From: Eledone cirrhosa
Lineage: Eukaryota
Direction of reading: 5' to 3'
Length of the DNA: 64,000 bases
Assembly (NCBI GenBank): GCA_964016885.1
Contig: OZ024743.1
Coordinates: 257,362,001-257,426,000, forward strand
This document shows positions 11,201 through 25,498 of this stretch, one piece after another (positions within the stretch are counted from its first letter, which is position 1; each line of letters begins with the position of its first letter). The notes under the pieces were generated by a model. That model was not told the origin of the DNA, did not search any database, and worked only from the letters and a program-made list of their open reading frames with translations. The position numbers were made by a program, and so were the translations under genes.

Positions 11201-11670
11201 GTAGAACCTGTTGTTCTTGTTCACTGATTAAAGTGTTCCCATAAATATTTATTGTGTGGTCTTTTGGTAAATTCTGCCGGTAATGCTATGTCCGTCCGTC
11301 ATACGGATATTGTTGATGTTATCTGGGTATTTTTGTGAATTTTCTATTTTCCTTTCTTCTAGTTTTTTCTTCTTCATCCATTCTAATTTCTTATTGAAAT
11401 GTCTAGTGCATTCGTTTTGAGCGTATTTCGTCTCACGTCGCTCATGAGTTCATCTATCTCGTTTGGTGTGGTGAGATTTCGAACGTCCTTAACGTTAATG
11501 CGTTTCTGTTTGTAAAGTTCGTTAACTTTCGTATATGTTATTCTTTTCATATTGACTGTTAATTTTCGTCGTTCAGCTTGTGTTTTGTTTAATAATAAAT
11601 TATTTACTTGTTTTGATATGTTTGTTGTGTATATTTTGAAGGAAACACAGTGTTTTAAGAAGGTAAACAT
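8236..11670 (-). pseudogene. PLE polyprotein (N-terminal region with Asn-rich tract, reverse transcriptase, Cx4CxxC linker, GIY-YIG endonuclease), frameshifted
   Basis: TDKSGRM, LYGLRKDHK, RPVCG, MDVVSLYPSI, GAAIG, RYVDNI (YVDD mutated), LPVLD, CTNRKCIIC, NVVYSIRC...YIGETAR...RIDQH across ORFs 8236-9666, 9782-10318, 10440-11012 and 11383-11670. Confidence 0.92.
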
Positions 11671-11740
11671 TGAAGACGGTATAAATTAACTGATATAAAA
11701 GATACAGAAGCGAAAACCAACCAAACAGTGAGTGTGTTCT

Positions 11741-11811
11741 AGGGTCGATAAAATAAAGTACCAGTAATGCACTGAGATAATTGCTGGCCTTGTGTCAAAA
11801 AGTAGAAACAG
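11741..11811 (+). mobile_element. SINE family A 3' fragment inserted in the PLE terminal repeat
   Basis: GGGTCGATAAAATAAAGTACCAGT...GTAGAAAC is absent from the matching repeat at ~7810-7825. Confidence 0.85.
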
Positions 11812-11859
11812 TTATTAATTCTGGCAATATTATTACAACAATATGACCCTCCCCAAGTA

Positions 11860-11904
<45 letters not shown>

Positions 11905-12672
11905 ATAGATATATATATTAGCATGTGCTTGCTAGCAAAGAAAACAAATGTTAAATGATTATATATACGCACACACACACAAACATGATCTGTAAACTAG
12001 GCCAACAATATGTTTGCAAAAATGTTCAGCCATTATCAAATGAGAAGTATATTTACAGCATAAGAAGTTTTACATATTTAATCAATTTGATATTCCAAAT
12101 GTGAAGTCAGTTAATGCAGCTGACGTTCATTTATGCATATTAATATGCATTTGGTATGGAAGAATAATGTTTGTATGAGATATTTGTTGATTTGATTTTA
12201 TATAATATCAAGTCACATGAATAATTGAATAATATAGTAAAACACATTAGTATCTCGATTTCCTTATCTCTAGCCAGTTCAGCTTTTCTAAGAAGAATCA
12301 AGATTTGAGTTGAGTTGCTGAGGTAAATCGTATTATAGAAAGAGAAGAGTGACTACAATTGTACCATGTTCATAAATCAATGTGATGCGATGCATACTAA
12401 ATATTTTTTCTTTCCAGAAACAGCTGGCAATCAGTATAATATTTATTTCCTTTGCTCTTCTCTTGATATGGCCTCCGATATACTAGATCATGAGATCATT
12501 CAGAGAGACTACAACTGAAACACTCAACTGAAAATTATTAATGTAAACCATGGACGCCATTTTGCAAAAAATGAAGTCCACATATTCAAATGATGAAATA
12601 TAATCACAATCTCTGTTATCATCATCATCATTGTTAAGCTATACTTTGAAGTGTTTAATAGAATTTGCAAAT

Positions 12673-12932
12673 GAAGGCACATGGCCTAGTGATTAAGGTG
12701 TTGGACTTAAAATCTCATGAGTTTCATTCTTCGACGAGTTGAGCAAATAACTTCATTTCATGTTGCTCCAGTACACATGGCTGTAAATGTGTACCAGCTA
12801 TAGCTGGGCGTTTAACCCTGCAATGGACTAGCATCATGTACTAGGAGGAATATTGTACTCTCAATCATTTAATACCAAGGAAACTGGGATAAGCACTGGC
12901 CTACTGAGCCTCTGGACTTCAAGTATACTTTA
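12673..12932 (+). mobile_element. tRNA-derived SINE family B (Meta-domain-like)
   Basis: TGGCCTAGTG A-box, then AACCCTGCAATGGACTAGCATC...GGAAACTGGGATAAGC resembling the MetaSINE domain; other copies at 18.3, 36.1 and 51.3 kb. Confidence 0.7.
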
Positions 12933-13169
12933 TATAAATAATACCATCTATTACTTGACTGGAAGATCACCACCCGAGTCATGTAGCCCAACAGACCTCA
13001 CAAGACTTCAATGAAAAGTTATACAAATGTGTGGAGAGATGGAAAGCTGTTATATGACTATTGTGCTTGCTTTAAAAAAATAAGAAGATAAGATCAGCAT
13101 CATTTGTATTTATATCTACACATATTGTGACTGATGGATAGACACCTATTTTTGTTTTATCAACTGAAT

Positions 13170-13430
13170 GACCTACTCATTGCATGCAATGTGGCTGAGT
13201 ATTCTACAGGTATCTGTATCCTTAACATAATCTTCATGTAGAACAAGCATGACAGTGTAACAAGGCAGATGCAGTCTAACTGACAACCTTCTACAGAGTG
13301 TCTGTCTAACCAATTTCACTTACAGTGCTCAGATCAACCCTAGTCTATAATAGAAGACACCTGTTCAAGATACCACGAAGTGAGATAAAACCTAGGACCT
13401 CATGATTGTGAAGCAAATTTCGTCACACAC
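13170..13430 (-). mobile_element. tRNA-derived SINE family C, degenerate
   Basis: CTATAATAGAAGACACCTGTTCAAGATACCACG...AACCTAGGACCTCATGATTG is similar to 50850-50980. Confidence 0.55.
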
Positions 13431-14187
13431 ATGTATATATTACTAAAATGATAAACATATCATGTCTGAGAAAATTACAAACACACGCCTTAGCACCTGT
13501 AAAGCAAGCTCAAAGAAAGATTCTAATGAATAATTCCAAGCTCTTATTATAAATTCAAAAATGAAAGACTTATATATAAACATATCAAACATTAATGGGA
13601 GATGATTTGCAAAGAATGTAAGAACATATAATTTCAAAAAGGCAATATATTTAAATTTAACAAAAATATTAAACACAAATACTTGACATTCAATAATTAT
13701 TTTTACTTTCTCGTACATATTTAATTTTAGTAATATAAATATGCTTCTAAATAGTATTGTAGTAGAGCTTTAAACTGTTGAAAAGTTTTGGCTGCTATTT
13801 CTAGCGATCAACATACCTAGTCACGTCACAGGTTTTTTTTTTCAAAACTACATGTGCATTTTTCGACAGTTCTTGATTTGTATTAGAGGTGTAAGTTCAT
13901 ATAGTTCAATTTCTCTCTCAGTGATGATCCAAATTGACTATTAAACTTCACCATTTAAAGGTGAAACATATTGCTGAAGCCCTAATGGATTATGTACAAG
14001 AGAGTAAAAATAATTATTGAATGTTTAATATTTTGGTTAAATTTAAATATACTGCCTTTTTGTAATTATATGTTCTTATGATATGTTTATATATATGTCA
14101 TTTGTTTTGGAATTTATACAAATGAATATATATATATTTAGACATGCATGTGTAAATATGTATATGTACATTTAAATATATACCCTC

Positions 14188-14640
14188 CTCGTCATCATCG
14201 TTTAAAATCTACCCTGCTAACAAGGGTTGGATGGGGCTACTGGCCTCCCAAACAGGTTGTGGGTTTACATCTCACTCCTATAAGGTTACAGATTATTCCA
14301 AATACATTTTATCATGGCACCAACACTAGCGAGGTTGTCATGTCCTTGACACAACTGAAGAGTACTCACCCTTTTTTTTGGCAAGCTTAATACAGCTGGA
14401 TACCCTTCCAAACACCAACCACGTTTCTTCACGTACAGGGTGCATTTGTCATGTACATCATTAATACTAGAGAGATTGTAATACTGCAACACAACTGAAG
14501 GGTCTTCACACCCTCTTTAGGCATGGTTTCAACAGCAGAGTGCCCCTCTTGTTACCAACCATCTTACAGGGTGTACCAGTTGCTTTTTTATGGCATCAAT
14601 GCTAGAGAGTTGTTGGTCCTTGTCCCAATGGAAGAACCCT
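14188..14640 (-). mobile_element. RTE-type 3' UTR relic with internal repeats
   Basis: CATCATCGTTTAA tail and ACAGCTGGATACCCTTCCAAACACCAACC motif shared with RTE ends at 24.2, 27.8 and 29.9 kb. Confidence 0.5.
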
Positions 14641-15134
14641 GTCTATTCTGTAGATGCTTGTGTAAGAGTAATAGAAGGGCAATAAGTATGAAGTTATAGC
14701 AAGTGTGATGTGATTTAACAGGGTGATGAGTGGGGAAGGGGAAGGTATAACTGTTGATAGCATAGGATGGAAGAGATACGGTGGTGAGAACACGGAAGCA
14801 GAGATAGTGGTGTTTGGGTTTGGATGATTTGGTTAATAGTGCAACGGTGGGGTTGGCAAGATGGAGAAAATAGCTAAGGAGTTATAATGGAGGGGGTATG
14901 TGTGAGTTGCATAGGGGTAAAAAGAGTAGCTAGGAGGGTGTGATAGCGAATAAATCTAAATGTTTTAGAGAGGGCAGCAACTAAGGAGTGAATACTGTAG
15001 AGGGCATGGATGGATTGTGGGTGGGTGTGTAGTAGTAGTGAGAATAGTGGCTAAGGAGTACTAGTGGAAAGGGGGACACAGGGATAAGTCAGGTCACATT
15101 GTATGCTGTTGGCCAGAAATTCACCAGTATAGCA

Positions 15135-15520
15135 TAATTTAGCTTATAAAATAGGATGAAGATCCTTAAAGATGGAAAAAAGTTGCCATGAGTTGCTATG
15201 AGGAATCAGACACTCTCCCAGACACTGGCTAGGTACTTTAAACCATTTATCCACGTGACTGTGAGAACTAACTTAAAATAGCTAGATGAATCATAGCTTT
15301 TAAATGTCAACAAACATCACATATATAGTCAATCTGAAACACTGAGGGAATAGATAAAGTTAATATAGAGATGGTGTACTCATTCATGGAGATGCCAAAA
15401 ATAGCTTATAAAATTGAGTGGAGACCCATAAAGATAGAAAAAGTTGTTGCCTTTGGTCACGATGAGGAGTCAAACTCCATATCTCCCAGATACTGGCTAG
15501 GTGCTTTAAACCATTCAATC
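15135..15520. repeat. Two diverged direct repeats (~110-120 bp, ~265 bp apart)
   Basis: TAGCTTATAAAAT...TAAAGAT...CTCCCAGAYACTGGCTAGGTRCTTTAAACCATT occurs twice. Confidence 0.7.
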
Positions 15521-15601
15521 AAGGGAGATATGGGGTTTGATTCCTTATATACAACCTCTTTTACAAGCTATTTTATAGCATCTCCACACATGAGCACATC
15601 A

Positions 15602-15750
<149 letters not shown>

Positions 15751-15951
15751 CATATGTGGTTGGTATTAAGAAGGGCATCCAGCTGTAAGGCAACCTAGTC
15801 AAAATATACAGCATAAAGTAATGTAGGGAATTCTTATTAGCAGTTTATAGGAGGTTAATTCAACATTCATTGTTTTTGAATATAAGTCTTGACTTCTTGA
15901 CTTCTAGAACCAGTTAAGGACATAGGGTGAGGTATACCTATATATATATAC

Positions 15952-16016
<65 letters not shown>

Positions 16017-16019
<3 letters not shown>

Positions 16020-16092
16020 GGTGTCCCAAAAATATATATACTCTTTTATTAGTATGCTGTTGAAGTGTGTATACATTTCTTGGGACACCCTG
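16017..16092. mobile_element. 76-bp Tc1/mariner-type MITE
   Basis: TIRs CAGGGTGTCCCAA / TTGGGACACCCTG flanked by TA on both sides. Confidence 0.85.
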
Positions 16093-18274
16093 TATATATA
16101 TATATATATGTATGTATGTATGTATATGTGTGTGTGCGTTAATCACTACCACACATTTACATAACCAATCATTACACTCTTTCTCTAACTTTCTATTTGT
16201 TTATAGAGGTAAATTGTTTGTGTATGTGTTTTATACGATGTTTGACTCTAACAAAAAAATACACGCTAAAACAACATAGACAAATAGCTAATAAAAATTG
16301 TAGAAATATATAGATATATATATATAACTGAATATAACATTGATGAAACTATTATCATCTCGAATGTTTCCAACATTACTTTGGTTATCGGTTCACCAAC
16401 TTTTTGTGCACTTGGTTAATACAGTGATAAGTAGGGGAACCAATCTGGGTAATTTTTTTTTCTTTCTGTTTTGATGGTTCATTTTGAGGTCTGCATACTG
16501 GGAACTTGTGTAAACTTTCAATGAAATCAGAGATAAAATGTATACAATACATATGTATATATATATCTCTTGAGATAAACAATAAATTAATTAGATTTGA
16601 TTAATAAAAAGAAATTCCATCACGTATGTTGAATTTCTCTCTTGTTTAACGGGTTTACTAAAGCGTGTGTATGCTAGTTGGAGAGAGAGTATGTGTGTGG
16701 GTGTATGTGTGTTGGTGCATGTGTGTACGTCTGTCTGTGTCAATGTGTATGTGTATGTATATCTATGTACACATGTATGTCTGTGTGAGTATGCTTGTTT
16801 AGTGTCTCTGTGTGTGTACAACCATCTGTATGTATGCATGTGTATATACCTATTTCTGTGACTATGCTATCTCTGTATGTGTGTATATGTTTCTGTGTGT
16901 ATGTATGTGTGCGTGTGTATGTATGTATGTGTGTGTATGTATGTATGTGCCTGTTTGTATATATGCATGTGTGTATGTAGCAATGTCTGTGTGTATGACA
17001 TTTGTTTTAAAGAAATTTTCAATAGTTTCTTAAATTGTCTGAATAGGTCATGGCTTCGTTATTTTATGTAAATGAACAAAAAAAAGAAAGAATGAAAGAG
17101 AGACGATTGAGAGAGAATCTGAGTGAAATTGCTTGAATAAGTTTGATTTTTCCAAATAGAATATTTTGATAGCGTTTATTGTGGAAATTCCTTTGTGTAT
17201 TTCTAGGTGGAATGTATGTAATGAAATGGCACAGCTTAGTTACTAAAGTGGTTCCATAAATAACTCTATCGAAGTTTCATGAGACTAATATTGTTTTGCT
17301 ATCTCTTCAAATTTAGAACTTTCAACAAGAAATTCAGTAGTATATTCTTTGTTTCATTTTGAATGAAATACAGTATTACCGATGATGTTCAAATAATTTT
17401 GAAAATAATCAAGAATTTAGCAGCATTTAGTAATATAACTAACTTTCTCATCAACTCTTTCATTACCATATTTCTAATAAAAGACATTACCTATGATTTT
17501 CAATGTGTAAATAACATTATGAATTGCTCGCAATTTGTTCAGAAAACATTATAAATATAATGTCGTTGATAAACACAAATAGCAATGCATAAAAGAGAGG
17601 AAAAAAAAGAGTGGGAGCAAAAACAAAAACGACCATCAAGTGCAACAATTGACTGCACATAACATCATAAAGGTTAACTAAACACTTTGAGGCAAGCCAA
17701 TATGCTCACAGCATTTCCATGAGTGATTGCAAGGATAAGGCGCTGAAAAAATCACGCACCCTCACAGGCATCACCTGACACCTCAGTAAGGTTAGCCGCC
17801 AGGGGCCCAACTCCACCAAACGTCAAGGAATTTGAAGGGATTTTGTAATGTAACTAAATTTCACCTTATCATCCCTTTTGTTACCATACTTCTCATGAAA
17901 GACACTGCCTATGAATTTAGTAATATAACTTTCTCATTATTACAATATGTATTGTTTATTTAATAGTTAAATATAAATTGAATATAAAATACCATATGTG
18001 AATTTCTTGATCCAGAACACCATTGTATCCATAGACAGACATATCAGACATTGTCCTCATGCTATGAAACCAGAGCTAAGTACTTCAAGGTTCATTGAGT
18101 TTTAGAAATATTTTCAGTTTTTATTCACAAGTATCTACCATAACAATAAAGGCAGCAGATTGGTAGGGTCATTAGGGCTCCAGATTAAAATCTTGCTGAT
18201 GTCAATTTTTTCTTTTATCCTTTTGAAGTGAATAAATGAAATATCTATCTAGTCTAAGTCTACAGTTTGTCTCA

Positions 18275-18525
18275 AGTATGGAGTTTCATTAAGCCAGTGC
18301 TTATTCCAGTTTTCTTGGTGTTAAGTGACTGAGAGTACAAAACTTCACCCCTGGACAGGACACCAGTCCATTGCAGGGTTAAAATTGCCCAGCATCTGCT
18401 GATACTTATTGTCAGCTGAGTATACTGAAGTAGCATTAAATGAAGGGTTTCGAGTATAACACACAACCCACTCCAGGAATCAAACCCATGACATTATGAT
18501 CATAACCACTAGGCCATACACCTTC
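18275..18525 (-). mobile_element. SINE family B (Meta-like)
   Basis: Reverse complement aligns with 12673-12932 (CCCTGGACAGGACACCAGTCCATTGCAGGGTT). Confidence 0.75.
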
Positions 18526-19609
18526 AGAATCTAGTACTTGGTCAACTTTTCCTGTCTCCTTCAGAAGAAATCAGCTGTGTTCCAACCTGGAAAGGGATGA
18601 GTTCTGCCCAGTTTAAAGTACACAAGATACACAATGTATCGTGACAGTACCACAAGGATTCCTTCAAGCATCAAGGATATTTTAGATGCCTATCACTGAA
18701 CAATTACTAATAGTTTATATTCAAAGCAAATGAAGTAGATAAATGACTACGAGCAAAATGGCACACTTTGTGTGCAAGACATAGAGAATCGATCTTAACC
18801 ATATATGTGAACCTATAACTCCTGATTGTGTCGTCAGAATGCAGACACATGTTTGATGGAGCAGAAATATGTTTGAGCAAACATCTATTTAAGCTGACAT
18901 TTTTGAGCTAATAAATGTTTGAGCAAACATATATGTTTTTGTTTTTAATATGCAAACATTGATAAGTTGTAAATTTCTTTTATTTTTGAATGAATAATTT
19001 TGATGAGGTCACATATTAGATGATAGCTTCTTCATCAACTTTGTTGGTAAGCATTCAATTATTTGATCAACTAAATTGACTATCCATTAAATTTCCCATA
19101 TTTGAAGATATTTGAGCCCACTTTGTCCATATTTGTCTCAATCATCAACATTATCATCATCATATATCTGAAATACACATGACAATAGTGTAATAGGATT
19201 GAACCCAAATATATTAGAGCAGTTACTGTCTTAAAATAAAAAAGAACAAATAGGATGGTTACATCATACTTGATAATGAGCAGTGTGCTAGAAATATGAA
19301 GAAAAAAATTAGCAAGTGTGCAAGTGAAAGAGCAAAGAGAATAATTAATCTGAATTTAATAACTCTCAATTCATTTGTATTGAAATTGAAATGTCTTGCT
19401 GCATTAATTGCAAATGCTAAAAAAAACCTGCTAGCAATTAAATTTAATATTATTGAAAAATGATTTCTACTGCATATTTTGGTATGTCTGTCTGTGTGTG
19501 TGTGTGTTGCCAGGAGGAAACGGTGGGGTTGATATATTTTCATTTTATTTCTTTTATTTTACTACTGTTATTATTGTTGTTATTTTTCTTCTTGTTGTTC
19601 TTGTCTTCG

Positions 19610-19711
19610 TAGTAGTAGGAGTAGTAGTAGTAGTGTGGTCTTTCTCCAACTACATTCATTAGTCTCATTCACTACTATTAGTAGCAGTAGTATTACTATT
19701 ACTACTATTAC

Positions 19712-19749
<38 letters not shown>

Positions 19750-19750
19750 T
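19610..19750. repeat. (TAG)n/(TAC)n microsatellite
   Basis: Direct inspection. Confidence 0.9.
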
Positions 19751-20256
19751 ACATAGCATTGCTTCATTATTTTCCAATTGTCTTTCGATGAAGATCCATT
19801 TACAAGAGAGAAGAAACCCATCACCAAACTATGAATACTTCATTACAAATGATTCGACCACAACATTAATAGAAATATTTTGACTTTTACACCTCATCTT
19901 CTTTGTCTTATTATTATTGTTATCTTTACCATCTTTACTCTCTTTTTGTTTTATTTTATATATTTATAATTTTCTCTCCTTTATTTTTATTAGAAAAGAA
20001 TATCCTTGTCTTTAAAGTATAATTTGATGAAATTTGAAATGATAATTAAGAAGCAATATTAGCAACACCCTGTAATGTTTTAATTATTTTTTCCAATAAG
20101 TTTATCTATTTTATTTTATTTTATTTTATAAAATATGCCCCACTCTGGTTGAGGGGACTTTAATTGTAAGACGTGACTATGAAAATTTCCATCTCAGCTC
20201 ATTATTGAATATTTCAAGATTATTATCATTATTATTAAAAAAAAAGAAAATAAGAG

Positions 20257-20627
20257 GGAGGTGGATTGACAGTATTGGAAGATTGTCGGACAACATGCTT
20301 TGTGGAATATAGTTAGGGCCCTTTAAGATCTGAGTTCAAATCTTGCTCAAAGGTAATAAAATAAAGTGCCAGTAGCACACTGGTGGTTCAAATTGCTTGT
20401 CTTGTGCCAAAAGTAGAAACTGTTATTATTGGTGGATTGGCAGTATCGGTAGAGAGTCGGACACCATGCTTTGAAGCATAGAGTTACGTCCCTTTATGAT
20501 CTGAGTTCAAATCCTACCAAGGTTAACTTTGCTTTTCATCCTTATTGGGTCGATAAAATAAAGTACCAGTAATGTACTGGGTAATTGCTGGCCTTGTGCC
20601 AATGTAGAAACAATTATTATTATTATT
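20257..20627 (+). mobile_element. Two tandem SINE family A copies
   Basis: GGTGGATTGGCAGTATCGG A-box, GAGTTCAAATCC B-box and (ATT)n tails. Confidence 0.85.
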
Positions 20628-21071
20628 GATGTCATAAGGATCTGACCCTCTATCTTTTGCTATACTTTGAACTATAATCTTACTATGATGTCATGAGTGT
20701 TTACCTCTGTATTCATGGATGCCTCTCTCTTTATTCAAGAGTACCTGGCCCTTTGTTATGAGCATCTGCCTTCCTTCAATTCCTGAGTTTTGTTCCTCTA
20801 TTCCAGTGGCTTCCACACTCTGCACCTTGGTATACTAGTGTGCCACTAGATGTAATTAGCTGTGCCACAAGATGTAATTAAGTGTCCTGTAAAAGAGTAA
20901 CATCATATTTCAAAATATGAAAAATATAGATTGAAATTCATAATAAAGTTCATATCATAACTGTTAAAGTGAGAAACAACTAAACTAAGAATGAAGACAT
21001 TACCACAAAACACTAAATGCTTTATTTATTAACTGAAGACGAAAATACAAATACTTCTTTTTTATCTTTAA

Positions 21072-21970
21072 CTAGCATTAAAGCCCGGCGTTGCTCGGGG
21101 TCATTAAGTTACCAAAGTTAGGTTGCACCACCCATTTTATGGCAGCACTTTTTTGTCTGCCAGGCACTGGATGAATGAATTGCAGATCTGGAAGCATGAG
21201 CTGTGCCAGCAGTGACAATTGTAGTTTCACCTATGGATATTATCTCTGTGCAAAAAAGTGTTGAAATTTATTGTTTCACAGTACTTGCGCAACACGCGCG
21301 TAGACGATGCCAGCCGAACAACAGAGCTGCGATGGAGTTGTTCTGCATGGTTTTCTGTGTGTTTTCTAAATTTAAGACAGTAGGGAGGGTTGTGATATGA
21401 GGGAGAGTTAGCTGTTGTTTCTAGCAGGTTTAGTGACCTCATAGAGGATATGTGTTTTCTAAATTTAAGACAGTAGGGAGTGGTGTGATATGGGGGAGAG
21501 TTAGCTGCTGTTTCTAGCAGGTTTAGTGACCTCATAGAAGATATGTTTTCTAAATTTAAGACAGTAGGGAGGGGTGTGATATGGGGGAGAGTTAGCTGCT
21601 GTTTCTAGCAGGTTTAGTAACCTCATAGAGGATATGTGTATTCTAAATTTAAGACAGTAGGGAGTGGTGTGAACGGACAGTATCACCATCAAGCTCCGAA
21701 AGAGAAAGTAGCAGAAAGTAGGAAGTTGTATAGATTTTGAATGGTAGTAGAAAGAGTTCAGCAGTTTAAATGAGATAGAAAAATCGTAAAATATTGAGTT
21801 TTATCTATTTTTTGCGTAATTGTGGGTGAAATTGAAAACATTATCTGCGTCAAGACGCAATCGAAACTGTTTCGAATACTGAATTGTAAATTTCAATTGA
21901 AGAAATTCTATATCGTAGATTTCTATAACGAAGGGGCATGACCACACACTGAGCTTTTTGATTATGATTA
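21072..21970 (-). mobile_element. Non-autonomous Helitron-like element
   Basis: Minus-strand end CCCGAGCAACGCCGGG hairpin, 8 nt, then CTAG followed by T; internal minisatellite. 5' boundary uncertain. Confidence 0.65.
21357..21671. repeat. ~92-bp minisatellite, ~3.4 copies, inside the Helitron-like element
   Basis: TTCTAAATTTAAGACAGTAGGGAG recurs four times. Confidence 0.95.
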
Positions 21971-23167
21971 TCTATATTTCTAATTTATGCTATGTTAATA
22001 TGTAAAACGAAGACATTTTTTTCATATCAGTGATTTCTTTCATGTTGACATGGGCTGGACAGTTGCTGTCATCACTTTTGAAATCAGCTTTCAACTAATT
22101 CTACCCATATTTTCCTTGGTCCGGTGCTTCCACAGCTTCTACCCACTTGGAACTTCTTTCCCTAGCACTTCTTGACATACCTACCATCATCTTACACACT
22201 ACAACTTATGCCCAGTCTTTCTCTCAACTCCTCTGTGCATTGTCATGCATGTGCATTAAAATATCCAATTTCACAGAACATACTTGCTTCATTTCTTTCC
22301 AACCTTTGCACATCATCTGCATGTCTCACTACCATGCAATCTTGCATTTTTTATCAGTGAAATAATCCCCAAATTTTACAAACAGTAAGACCTGAATAAT
22401 CTATTAATATCATCATGGGAATTCTGGGACTTGATCTCGTATAAACCCTATAACTCAAGACATATATTGATGTCAGAATCATAATATGCTCTCAGTTCCA
22501 GAATTTTGACCTTCTATCCTATCAACTATAAATTACGAAAACTTAGATTTATTTTCAGTATATATCTATAGTTTCTCAGAAAGTTGAACACTTTATCATA
22601 GTTTTGCCATCAATTCGTCAAGCAGAACCACATAGATAATCTAGATTTCCATACTCAACATCTCTATGGGTAACTAGTTGTGAATTTGAATACTACAATA
22701 TAATTCTCATGTGAAATATAATACATATATTATATTATACATTTCAAGAATCCTGTGTAAGGTAAGACAGCTTGTCAAATGTCAACATATAATAATACAA
22801 CAGCCAACCAAAGGTGAAATAAGCATTAACTTAAATTCTTTAAGCTACAACATAGTGAGAAATATTGCTATAGTTTCTCTTTAATGATATGAAGATCTCT
22901 TCTGATCTAAATGCTGACATAAAGTCCTCACACTAAATATAATTTATAAGCACAGAGAAACATATCTAATATTGAAAAACATCAGAAATATATGTTGGGA
23001 TTTGTAGACCTAACAGAGAAAGGTGTGTGTGAGAGAGAGAGAGAGAGAGGTTTGTCTTTTATTGTTATTTTTTCATGAAGTTCTCAACAGGTATAAACTA
23101 GAATAACATTAGCAAAATTTGCTGCTTGTACTAAATCAATAGGTGGATATATCTGTATAAACAGGCA

Positions 23168-23242
<75 letters not shown>

Positions 23243-23337
23243 TTGTGCAGAAGGTTCAATAAGTCCGAAGAAAACTGGATTGAGAAATAAATCTCCTATG
23301 TAATACCTCTGCTTTGTCATTGTTATATATATATATA

Positions 23338-23407
<70 letters not shown>

Positions 23408-24174
23408 TGTGTGTTTGTGTGTTTGCCTTGCTATAAAAAAAAATTATTTTTCTCTCTTTTGCTCTGTGTACATGTCACATATATCTCAGTAGCAGTTGAG
23501 AATGTCAGACAACTCTGTTTTAAGATTTGTTAACCTCTTAGCAGTACTGGATGAAGCTAGACGAGAGTTTATATAGATTTGGCATGAATATTTGATGGAG
23601 ATGCTCATTTGCATATGGCAAAAAGAAATTTGAGTTGGAAATGTTCATTCATATATAGTGTCAACTTGACTCTCTAAAATAACATGAAGTATAACAGGGG
23701 TGTATATGTTCTTATATGTATATTGTATATAAGTATATAGTATACGGTTTCATATACACCCCTATTATGCTTAACATTCTATTAGTACTACTGCCTATAT
23801 ATATATTTGTTATGTTAATGAAAATGACACTGAGTACTCAATTCCAAAATACAATTTATATAGTCTTTATTGTGGCTATATGATGATTCTTGTTACTTTG
23901 GATTTTCACCTGCATACTCACACACATACCTATATCTGTATTTGTATATTCCTCCTATTCAGCAATCCTGTTGTCATAAAGCTGCATTGTTGGATTGATG
24001 TTCAATCAAGGCAGCAAAACCAGTTTAAACTTACATGCTCCTCTTCACTTGTTCAAACAAATATATCCATATCAATTCTTGACATAACACACTTAGAGAA
24101 ACATTAAACATAGACACACACACACATAATCATGATCAAATACACATTAACCATTATATATATATATATATATA

Positions 24175-25135
24175 TCATCATCGTTTAACGTCCATCTTCC
24201 ACGCTTGCATTGGTTTGGACGGGAGTTTTCCCACTTGAGGCAAGAGTGGTTGTCTTGCTCATATAGGACTGTCTGGCGGGTTTTCTACGGCTGGATGCCC
24301 TTCCTAACACCAACCACGTTTACAGTGTGGACTGGGAGGTTTTTACCGTGTTACCTACACGGCCACATTACAGCGTGGACTGTGTGTTTTTTTGTCGTGA
24401 CACCTACACGACCTCATTTGTTTCGGACTGGATGTTGTGGTACCAACATAGCTTTACATTGAAAGGGGTAGTGTGGATGGGGTGGGGGTAGTGGGACGGG
24501 GTATATTTTTGTTAGAGGTGCCTACTGACTATTATTACTGACTGTATTACTGTGTAGCGCCAAAGATCTCGGTCTAGTGACATTGTCTTGGGGGGGTGTA
24601 AGTGTGTGAGGTTGGAGTTTATCAAGTCGTCCCAGGTTTTTCTGGGTCTGCCTACTCCGTGGCTACCGTCTATTTTTATTGCCCTGCACTTTTTTATACA
24701 GCTGTCGTCTTTCATGCGCATCACGTGACCATACCAACGTAGTCTTCTCTCGAGTAAACAACATCTGATCCCTCTTATTTCTAATTTTTCCCTTAGTTCA
24801 TTTATGCTTTGCCGTTCACGTATATTACTATTACACATCCAGCGGAGCATGCAAGCTTCGTTCCTCTCCAGTCTGCATATATCCTCTGCACACAATGCCC
24901 AGGTCTCACTGCCATGTAACATTGCTGTTCGTATGCAGGCATCATACAGCCTGCCTTTCATTTTTAGAGAGAACTCTTTAGTGGCTAATAGTGGTATAAG
25001 CTCTCTAAACTTTTTCCATCCAGTTCTGACTCTAGCTACTGTACTTTCAGAGCACCCTCCACCACTGCTGATTTTTGTCACCCAAGTAACAGAAGGTGTC
25101 CACTATTTCTATAGAACCATCTGTGCAATGGAATG
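24175..25135 (-). mobile_element. RTE-clade LINE, 3' part
   Basis: KGRLYDACIRTAMLHGSETW...MLRWMC...RRLRWYGHVMR...GRPRKTW, followed by 3' UTR and (GAT)n tail. Confidence 0.9.
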
Positions 25136-25498
25136 AGCTAGTATTCTGTGGGCACTTGCTGCTACTTATTGCATATATATATATATATTCATTAGCAATA
25201 GGCAGATCTCACACAATGCAGCCTCGACAGAAGAATACTGCTCCACTATGGCAGACAATTGATATACCCAGGACACCATAGTGAAATACCAACATATGGA
25301 ACATTACATTTATGTAACATTCTTTCCTTATTTTAATTTATATTTCTTTTGAAGTTCCGTGAGCTGCTCTATTTCTACCTATGTTAATTATTTTCAACTG
25401 AACCAGATCAATAATGATATATAAAAATTTGATCCAGAAATATTATATGGAGTAGCGAAACAATTGTAAACAGACATTATTATTATTAATATTATTAA

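Larger units (their letters stand above)
7770..11862 (-). mobile_element. Near full-length Penelope-like retroelement with an inverted copy of its 3' end at the 5' side
   Basis: Inverted repeats ~7770-7900 and ~11662-11862 (the latter split by a SINE) bracket RT and GIY-YIG coding sequence; (TA)n near both ends. Confidence 0.9.

Noticed and set aside
21357-21671. Regular repeats resembling a CRISPR array (also 33170-33521)
   Set aside because: No unique spacers, eukaryotic context, no cas genes; plain minisatellites.
23695-23768. Small inverted repeats (also 53668-53723 and 55931-55974)
   Set aside because: Arms of only ~9-14 bp in AT-rich DNA; possibly tiny MITEs but unsupported without other copies.
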